64,000 nucleotides of DNA from positions 5,270,001 to 5,334,000 of the forward strand of contig OX597815.1 in the NCBI GenBank assembly GCA_951406725.2, in the 5' to 3' direction. This document shows, piece by piece, positions 54,620-64,000 of this stretch (the first letter of the stretch is position 1; every line of letters starts with the position of its first letter). The notes beneath the pieces are model-generated. The model was not told the DNA's origin. It worked only from the letters and a program-made list of their open reading frames with translations, and did no database searches. The position numbers and the translations under genes are program-made. The DNA is from Octopus vulgaris. Lineage: Eukaryota.

Positions 54620-55022
54620 TCTTACTTGTTTCAGTCATTTTGACTGCGGCCATGCTGGAGCACCGCGTTTAGTCGTGCAAATCGACCCCGGGACTTATTC
54701 TTTGTAAGCCCAGTACTTATTCTATCGGTCTCTTTTGCCGAACCGCTAAGTGACGGGGACGTAAACACACCAGCATCGGTTGTCAAGCAATGCTAGGGGG
54801 ACAAACACAGCAGACACACAAACACACACACATACACATATATACAAATACATATATACGACGGGCTTCTTTCAGTTTCCGTCTACCAAATCCACTCACA
54901 AGGCATTGGTCGGCCCGGGGCTATAGCAGAAGACACTTGCCCAAGGTGCCACGCAGTGGGACTGAACCCGGAACCATGTGGTTGGTTAGCAAGCTACTTA
55001 CCACACAGCCACTCCTACGCCT
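54620..55022 (-). mobile_element. SINE family A, full length
   Basis: Matches the family A consensus. Confidence 0.93.
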
Positions 55023-55029
55023 GCTTCAA

Positions 55030-55810
55030 TTAATGAATATTTTTCGTGGATTTAGGCTCAAGGACAGAAATTTCGGGGAAAGTCAATTACATCAACCCCA
55101 AAAAGGATCAAAAGCAAAGTCGACCTCGACGGAATTTGAACCCAGAACGTAAAACAAACGAAATGCCCCGAAGCATTTCGCCCGGCGTGCTAACGATTCT
55201 ACCAGCTTACCGCCTTAATTAATTACATATTCTATTCTACTCTAGGCATAAGGACCGAAATTTTGGGGGAGGGGACCAGTAGATTAGATCGACCCCAGTA
55301 TGCAACTGGTACTAAATTTATCGACCCCGAAAGGATGAAAGGCAATGTGGACCTCGATGAAATTGAACTCAGAAAGTAAAGACAGGCGAAATACCTATTT
55401 CTTTACTACCCACAAGGGGCTAAACATACAGGATAAACAAAGACAGACACACGGATTAAGTTGATTATATCGACCCCAGTGCGTAACTGGTACTTATTTA
55501 ATCGACCTCGAAAGGATGAAAGGCAAAGTCGACCTCGGCGGAATTTGAACTCAGAACATAGCGGCAGACGAAATACCTATTTCTTTACTACCCACAAGGG
55601 GCTAAACACAGAGAGGACCAACAAGGACAGACAAACGGATTAAGTCGATTATATCGACCCCAATGCGTAACTGGTACTTATTTAATCGACCCCGAAAGGA
55701 TGAAAGGCAAAGTCAACCTCGGCGGAATTTGAACTCAGAACGTAAAGACAGATGAAATACCGCTAAGCATTTCGCCCGACGTGCTAACGATTCTGCCAGC
55801 TCGACATCTT
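55030..55810 (-). mobile_element. Two adjacent SINE family C copies (monomer and multimer)
   Basis: Heads end near 55216 and 55810. Internal units of about 184 bp. Confidence 0.85.
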
Positions 55811-56077
55811 AAAAGCGCTTAAATTAAAAGATGCTGCGGATTTTACAGATCTGAAATTAAATATCTTTGAAGAGTTAGATTACAGAAATCTGGAAGCTCA
55901 GTCAATCGACTTCCAATCTAATCTGATTTGGAAGCAACATTTTATCACATTTATTGATGATTTACAAGACGTGAACTTGTACACAAGTAATCGTAAATAA
56001 ACATTCAGGTTGTGAACTTTTGAAAACATGGAATTGCATTTATGAAAATATACTAGTCGTTGTAATACTATTATATA

Positions 56078-56456
56078 ATGGCCTAGTGGTTAGGGCAGCG
56101 GACTCGCGGTCGTGGGATCGCGGTTTCGATTCCCGGACCGGGCGTTGTGAGTGTTTCTTGAGCGAAAACACCTAAAGCTCCACGAGGCTTTGGCAGGGGG
56201 TGGTAGCGAACCCTGTTGTATTCTTTCACCACAACTTTCTCTCACTCTTTCTTCCTATTTCTGTTGTACCTGTATTTCAAGGGGCCGGCCTTGTCACTCC
56301 CTGTGTCACGCTGAATATCCCCGAGAACTACGTTAAGGGTACACGTGTCTGTGGAGTGCTCAGCCACTTACACGTTAATTTCATGAGCAGGCTATTCCGC
56401 TGATCGATCGTATCAATTGGCTGGGATCCTCGTCGTGGTAACCGACAGAGAGCTCC
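56078..56456 (+). mobile_element. SINE family B, tail type 3
   Basis: Colinear with 53871-54255. Confidence 0.9.
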
Positions 56457-56468
56457 TTTATATAGATA

Positions 56469-56509
<41 letters not shown>

Positions 56510-56923
56510 ATACTGGGAGGAAGAGAAATGAAACGAAGCGACGAATCGAATCGAACCTGACGCGAACGCGCTGTCAGACAATAATGTAATAAATAAAATA
56601 TATGCATACATACAAACATATATGTACGTACCTACATCTACATGTATATATAATGCATATATAAATATATATACGTGAGTACAGGACACCACAACTAGAC
56701 GTAGAACTCAACGAAAACGGAAAAGCCAATTTTTTTACAACAAAAAAAACAGAGACGTGGAACTGGACGAGAAACGAAAACGGGAAAAACATTATTTTTT
56801 ACAACAGAAAAACAAGGTACAGGACATACTACACAAGGAAAAATCCCTAATCATCAGCTGTCACTAGCAGACTCAAGCGTGTTTCGAAACTCGTCAACTA
56901 GTCCTTCCTGCGAGAGAATTAAA

Positions 56924-56969
<46 letters not shown>

Positions 56970-57056
56970 ATCGGATCAACTGGAACCCTCGTCGTTGTAA
57001 CCGACGGAGTGCCTCGATTAGTAGTAGTATTAGTAGTATGAGAGTGATATGAAGGA

Positions 57057-57340
57057 ACGTGACCTTGTGGTTAGAGTGTTTCGCTCACGATTTGCAGATC
57101 GTGGGGTCGATTCCCAGACCGAGGCCCGTGTTGTATTCTAGTGTTATTATGAGGACCGGCATGCCAAATCATAGACCCAACGTTTCTACTACGTGTCGTA
57201 AGAAGCGACTAAAGGAGGTTGTGCTAGGATTTGCACTCTGACAGCGTAAAACTTCTTAAACAGGGCCACGGGCTGAAGGGTTGTCCCCTCAGTAGTGCAG
57301 AGGCGTCATCCACCAGGAGCAGGGAATCACTAACATGCCA
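57057..57340 (+). mobile_element. SINE family D, diverged
   Basis: tRNA-like head GTGACCTTGTGGTTAGAG..GGGTCGATTCCC plus the family D body. Confidence 0.6.
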
Positions 57341-57591
57341 ATACTACCATGCCCCACACTACAAAATATACTGCTGCTTTTTAATATCTGGCAAAAGAAA
57401 TTTCAATCATTGTTTGATGAATTCGAGTCCTGCCAACAGTTGTGTGGTTAAGAAGCTACTTTGCCGCCACATGGTTCCGGGTTCAGTCCCACTGCGTGGC
57501 CCCTCGGGCTATTGTCTTCTACTATAGCCTCGAGTCGACCAATATCTTATCAGTGAATTTGGTAGAAGGAAATTGAAAGAAACCCATCTCG

Positions 57592-57636
<45 letters not shown>

Positions 57637-57651
57637 GTCACGTATAGGTAT

Positions 57652-58036
57652 ACTCATTTTTTTTTACATGTTTCAGTCATTTGACTGCGGCCATGCTGGA
57701 GCACCGCCTTTAGTCGAGCAACTAAGACCCCGGGACTTATTCTTTCTAAGCCCAGTACTTATTCTATCGGTCTCTTTTGCCGAACCGCTAAGTGTCAAGC
57801 AATGCTAGGGGGACAAACACAGACACACAAACATACACACACACACGTACATATATATATATACATATATACGACAGGCTTCTTTCAGTTTCCGTCTACC
57901 AAATCCACTCACAAGGCATTGGTCGGCCCGGGGCTATAGCAGAAGACACTTGCCCAAGGTGCCACGCAGTGGGACTGAACCCGGAACCATGTGGTTGGTT
58001 AGCAAGCTACTTACCACACAGCCACTCCTGCGCCTA
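57652..58036 (-). mobile_element. SINE family A with a small internal deletion
   Basis: Matches the family A consensus. A diverged + strand head lies at 57437-57590. Confidence 0.9.
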
Positions 58037-58124
58037 TGTATGTATATATTGAGTAAATGTTTTTATGTTCAGGCTTAACTGGCCGAAACTTCGATATCAT
58101 TATCAATAATATTCTTGTGCCTGG

Positions 58125-58440
58125 AGTGGAAAATAATCGTTAGCACACCAGGTGAAATACTTACCTGTATTTCGTCTGCCACTACGTTCTGAGTTCAAGT
58201 TCCGCCAAGGATGACTTTGCCTTTCATCCTTTCGGGGTCGATTAAATAAGTACCAGTTACGCACTGGGGTCGATATAATCGACTTAATCCCTTTGTCTGT
58301 CCTTGTTTGTCCTCTCTGTGTTTAGCCCTTGTGGGGAGTAAAGAAATAGGTATTTCTTCTGCCGCTACGTTCTGAGTTCAAATTCCGCCGATGTCGACTC
58401 TGCCTTTCACCCTTTCGGGTCGATAAAATAAGTATTTGCA
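58125..58440 (+). mobile_element. SINE family C, about 1.5 units
   Basis: TTAGCACACCAGGTGAAAT..GAGTTCAAGTTCCGCC..GCCTTTCATCCTTTCGGGGTCG. Confidence 0.85.
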
Positions 58441-58499
58441 TTGACCTTGAAGGGAATGCAACATAAATTTGATTACAGCAGGATTTGAAATCATAACAC

Positions 58500-60760
58500 T
58501 AAATAATTCTCTCTACTTTTAGGTATAAGTCCTGAAATTATGTGGACCGGGGATAATCGATTATTTCGACCCCTTGTTCAACAGGGACTTATTTCAACAG
58601 CTCGTAAACGATGAAAGCCAAAATCGAGATTGCCGACATTTGAACACAGAGTGAAAATCCGGTTTAAATGCCATTAAACATTTTGTCCTGCTCGGCAGTG
58701 ATTCTGCCAGCGCACCGCTTTACTTATCCTTTTCTACTCTAGGACAAAGCCTGAAATTTTCTGGCGAGGGCGCCAGTCGATTATATCGACTCCTGTACGC
58801 AACTAGTACTTAATTTATCGACCCCGAAAGGATGAAAGGCAAAGTCGACCTCGGCAGAATTTGAACTCAGAACGTAAAAACAGGCGAAATATCCCTAAGC
58901 ATTTCGCCCGGCGTGCTAACTTTTCTTTTCTTCTCTAGGTACAAGGCTCGAAAGTTTGGTGGAGGGGCCAGTCGATTAGATCGATTCCAGTATACAACTG
59001 GTTATTAATTTATCGAGCTCGGCGGAATTTGAACTCAGAACGTAAAGGAAGACGGAGTACCTATTTCTTTACTACCCACAAGTGGCCAAACACAGAAAGG
59101 AGAAAGGACAGACAAACGGATTAAGTCGATTATATCGACCCCAGTGCGTAACTGGTACTTATTTAATCGACCCCGAAAGGATGAAAGGCAAAGTCGACCT
59201 CGGCGGAATTTCAACTCAGAACATAGCGGCAGACGAAATACCTATTTCTTTACTACCCAAAAGGGGCTAAACACATAGGAGACAAACAAGGACAGACAAA
59301 CAGATTAAGTCGATTATATTGACTCCAGTGCGTAACTGGTACTTATTTAATCGACCCCGAAAGGATGAAAGGCAAAGTCCACCTCGGCGGAATTTAAACT
59401 CAGAACGTAACGGCAGACGAAATACCTATTTCTTTATTACCCACAAGGGGCTAAACACAGAGAAGACAAACAAGGACAGACAAACGGATTAAGTCCATTA
59501 CATCGACCCCAGTGCATAAGTGGTACTTAATTTATCGATCCCGAAAGGATGAAAGGCAAAGTCTACCTCGGCGGAATTTGAACTCAGAACGTAACGGCAG
59601 ACGAAATACCTATTTCTTTACTACCCAAAAGGGGCTAAACACATAGGAGACAAACAAGGACAGACAAACGGATTAAGTCCATTACATCGACCCCAGTGCA
59701 TAAGTAGTACTTAATTTATCGATCCCGAAAGGATGAAAGGCAAAGTCTACCTCGGCGGAATTTGAACTCAGAACGTAACGGCAGACGAAATACCTATTTC
59801 TTTACTACCCAAAAGGGGCTAAACACATAGGAGACAAACAAGGACAGACAAACGGATTAAGTCCATTACATCGACCCCAGTGCATAAGTAGTACTTAATT
59901 TATCGATCCCGAAAGGATGAAAGGCAAAGTCTACCTCGGCGGAATTTGAACTCAGAACGTAACGGCAGACGAAATACCTATTTCTTTACTACCCAAAAGG
60001 GGCTAAACACATAGGAGACAAACAAGGACAGACAAACGGATTAAGTCCATTACATCGACCCCAGTGCGTAAGTAGTACTTAATTTATCGATCCCGAAAGG
60101 ATGAAAGGCAAAGTCTACCTCGGCGGAATTTGAACTCAGGACGTAACGGCAGACGAAATACCTATTTCTTTACTACCCAAAAGGGGCTAAACACATAGGA
60201 GACAAACAAGGACAGACAAACGGATTAAGTCCATTACATCGACCCCAGTGCGTAAGTAGTACTTAATTTATCGATCCCGAAAGGATGAAAGGCAAAGTCT
60301 ACCTCGGCGGAATTTGAACTCAGAACGTAACGGCAGACGAAATACCTATTTCTTTACTACCCAAAAGGGGCTAAACACATAGGAGACAAACAAGGACAGA
60401 CAAACGGATTAAGTCCATTACATCGACCCCAGTGCGTAACTGGTACTTATTTAATCGACCCCGAAAGGATGAAAGGCAAAGTCGACCTCGGCGGAATTTC
60501 AACTCAGAACATAGCGGCAGACGAAATACCTATTTCTTTACTACCCAAAAGGGGCTAAACACATAGGAGACAAACAAGGACAGACAAACGGATTAAGTCC
60601 ATTACATCGACCCCAGTGCATAAGTAGTACTTAATTTATCGATCCCGAAAGGATGAAAGGCAAAGTCTACCTCGGCGGAATTTGAACTCAGAACGTTGCG
60701 ACGGACGAAATACCACAAAGCATTTCGCCCGGCGTGCTAACGATTCTGCCAGCTCGACGC
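58500..60760 (-). mobile_element. SINE family C cluster including a 9 x 184-bp tandem array (59018-60671) under one head
   Basis: CTCGGCGGAATTT recurs at about 184-bp spacing (e.g. 59751, 59935, 60119, 60303, 60487, 60671). Head at 60700-60760. Confidence 0.92.
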
Positions 60761-61020
60761 TTTACTTTACAGTTGCTGAGCTGAGCATTCCACTGGCACA
60801 AGTGCCCCTTGTGAGAGCTCCCAGAGAGACTCAGCGTCACACACGGAAGGCTGGCTCTATGAATTACTGAGAGAACTGGGACAACGTGAAATAAAATTTC
60901 TTGCGCAAGAGCACAGCGTGCTGCGGAATATCGAACTCACGACGTCACGATTGTGAGCCGAACACCTGATCCACTAAGCCACGTGTCTTCACACATTCAT
61001 CACTAAATGCTATAAAGGAA

Positions 61021-61404
61021 GGAAGCACTCCGTCGGTTACGACGACGAGGGTTCCGGTTGATCCGAATCAACGGAACAGCCTGCTCGTGAAATTAACGTG
61101 TAAGTGGCTGAGCACTCCACAGACACGTGTACCCTTAACGTAGTTCTCGGGGATATTCAGCGTGACACAGAGAGTGACAAGGCCGGCCCTTTGAAATACA
61201 TGTACAACAGAAACATTAAGTAAGAGTGAGAGAAAGTTGTGGTGAAAGAGTACAGCAGGGATCGCCACCATCCCCTGGTGGAGCCTCGTGGAGCTTTTAG
61301 GTGTTTTCGCTCAATAAACACTCACAACGCCCGGTCTGGGAGTCGAAACCGCGATCCCATGACCGCGAGTCCGCTGCTCTAACCACTGGGCCATTGCGCC
61401 TCCA
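61021..61404 (-). mobile_element. SINE family B, tail type 3, full length
   Basis: Reverse complement of 53871-54255. TSD CTAAATGCTAT at 61003-61013 and 61407-61417. Confidence 0.93.
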
Positions 61405-61966
61405 CTCTAAATGCTATGAAACAAACAAGAGACACAAACTGCGTGATGAGTTGATCGTTGTCTCCATAGCATTCAAATAAATACGATGTCTGTCTCCCAT
61501 AAAGCAGCATCTCGCACTCAGCAACAGAAACACATTAAAGTTAATGTGACTTGCGAAATTTTGTTTTATTCTCTTTGTTTTACGAAAGCATTTTAAAATT
61601 TCAAATTAAATTCTATTGAAATACTAATTTTATTAAATATATTACAGACAAATAAGCCGCTTGAGGACAACGATTAACCGAACACATACAGATTTAACTA
61701 CACACGCACACTCATGTGTATATATGTGTGTATATATTCTTTTATTATTTTACTCTTTTACTTATTTCACTCATTTGACTGTGGCCATGCGGGAGCACCG
61801 TCTTTTAGTCGAACAAATCGACCGCAGCACTTGTTCTTTGTAAGCCTAGTACTTATTATTTTGTCGGTCTCTTTTGCCGAACAGCTTAGTTACGGAGACG
61901 CAAACACACCAGTATCGGTTGTCAAGCGATGGTGGACACACACACACACACACACACACAGACACA

Positions 61967-62033
<67 letters not shown>

Positions 62034-62054
62034 ACACACATATATATATATAAA

Positions 62055-62275
62055 ATGAGACAACAAAGCCAAGGCTGTGTGGAATTTTCGGGACATTTAT
62101 AAAGATAAATTTAGCCTTACACCTGTTTCTGGGATATCCCTAATACCTCTTCATCAGAGACAATGTGAGAAGGTTAAATAGAGGGAAATAGTAGAGTTTA
62201 ATATGAGGAGTTATTTTGGAAAAGGCTGGAAATAAAAAGTATAAAGAGAAATAAGAGAATGAAAGTAAAAATAAA
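62055..62275 (-). mobile_element. Homologue of 15800-15988 with a degenerate hammerhead motif (62115-62160)
   Basis: Minus strand TACTTTCATTCTCTTATTTC..GTCTCTGATGAAG..GAAACAGGTGTAAG..TTATAAATGTCC..TTTGTTGTCTCATT. Confidence 0.65.
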
Positions 62276-62796
62276 TTTTGGATGTTATAGCTGCAGTTCC
62301 GTTATCCAAGGAAAGTGGTGTGTAGAAGTGGCAGAAATGCTTTTTGTCCATGGTATGTAAATCCCGATAGGAGTTCATATTTTGTCATTACAAATGGCAA
62401 GTGTGTTCATTCAAAGGGGCCTTGTGATGTGAATGAAATTTTGGGATTGTAGTGGTAGTATTAAGTAGATAGACAGGAGAGAAATGATGTTTATGATAAA
62501 ACGAGGAGAATGGTCAAAAGGAATAGGTGAGTTAAGAAGAAAGAAAGTAAGAGGAAGAGAAAATGAAAAAGGGAGTGTTAGTTGGTGGTCAAGATATTAC
62601 GAGGGGGATAGGAGAGGAGTAGGGGTGGAATAGGAAGATATAAGAATGTAAAGAATGAACATGTGTGAGGTGTGGGAGGTGGGGTGATATGTTTGAAAGG
62701 CACTAAGGTGGAAGGATGGATAGAGAAAATGGTACGGGGCGGGGTACTGAGGCCAGTAATAAACTTCAAATAGGAAGGGAAGAATAATAGGATGTA

Positions 62797-63214
62797 ATAC
62801 TCTTACTCTTTACTCTTTTACTTGTTTCAGTCATTTGACTGCGGCCATGCTGGAGCACCGCCTTTAATCGAGCAACACGACCCCGGGACTTATACTTTGC
62901 AAGCCCAGTACTTATTCTATCGGTCTCTTTTGCCGAACCGCTGAGTGACGGGGACATAAACACACCAGTATCGGTTGTCAAGCAATGCTAAGGGGACAAA
63001 CACAGACACACAAACACACACACGCACATACATATATATATACATATATACGACGGGCTTCTTTCAGTTTCCGTCTACAAAATCCACTCACAAGGCATTG
63101 GTCGACCCGGGGCTATAGCAGTAGACACTTGCCCAAGGTGCCACGCAGTGGGACTGAACCCGGAACCATGTGGCTGGTTAGCAAGCTACTTACCACACAG
63201 CCACTCCTGCGCCT
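62797..63214 (-). mobile_element. SINE family A, full length
   Basis: Matches the family A consensus. Confidence 0.93.
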
Positions 63215-63526
63215 GTTCAATTTTCTAGAAATAGACAGAGGTGTTTATTGTACTGGCTAATGTGACAGTGGAGGCTGAAGATTCAGAGAGAGAAAGAAAG
63301 AAGTGTATATTGATATATGCACGCGCGCATACATGTAGATATACGTGTGTATATGCACTATTACGTAGGCTCGCATACTTATGTACTTAAATCCATACGC
63401 ATATATGCATACACACACATATATATTTATATGCACACACACATCCATAGATATATGCATATACACATACACATGAATACATATACACACACATACATAT
63501 ACATACATACAAATGTGTACACACAC

Positions 63527-63580
<54 letters not shown>

Positions 63581-63816
63581 GAAAGAATGGAGTTGAACGA
63601 CGATTTAACAAAATTCTTTTATTCTCGACATATGTTTCGAAGACTGCATATTCCTAATTTCGAAGGAATAAGGGGTGCATTATGCCGCCTTCTCATCAGG
63701 AAAGACAAGGAACTTATGTCAGCATGATGCAAAAACTCTTATTATCGCTATGGACTCCGTGTGGGCAGTCATCTAAGAGTTTTTGTTCATCATGATGCTG
63801 ACATAAGTTCCTTGTC

Positions 63817-63897
63817 TTTCCTGATGAGAAGGCGGCATAATGCACCCCTTATTCCTTCGAAATTAGGAATATGCAGTCTTCGAAACATATGTCGAGA
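63817..63897 (+). ncRNA. Putative type-I hammerhead ribozyme with extended stem II; inverted copy at 63623-63703
   Basis: TTTC-CTGATGA-GAAGGC(..TGCA..TATTCCT..AGGAATA-TGCA)GTCTTC-GAAA-CATATG-TC-GAGA, then AATAAA. Palindromic stem III, GUC triplet. Confidence 0.82.
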
Positions 63898-64000
63898 ATA
63901 AAAGAATTTCGTTAAATCGTCGTTCAACTCCATTCTTTCATTTATTTGTATTAAAAACACACAAATTTCCACACGAAAGCACGTGATCTCTGCCCTTGGC

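Overview
AT-rich, repeat-dense eukaryotic non-genic DNA. The SINE families, TTAGGG-type repeats and extreme microsatellite load point to an octopus/coleoid cephalopod genome (inference from recognised repeat styles). I can support no host protein-coding exon, and almost all listed ORFs are read-throughs of microsatellites. The window holds three abundant tRNA-derived SINE families (one amplified into a 184-bp tandem array), RLE-type non-LTR retrotransposon 3' ends nested in (TAA)n, RTE and CR1/L2-type LINE remnants (one with a 9 x 87-bp in-frame expansion and a full-length mariner inserted at TA), several mariner/Tc1 remnants, a Helitron, a hAT-like MITE, a TIR element carrying TTAGGG repeats, and an uninterrupted Penelope-like GIY-YIG endonuclease reading frame. 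The most striking signal the ORF track misses is a dense set of type-I hammerhead-ribozyme motifs from at least six apparently unrelated sequence families. Several occur as back-to-back inverted pairs beside (TA)n tracts, and one family shares a non-canonical CUGUCGA core.
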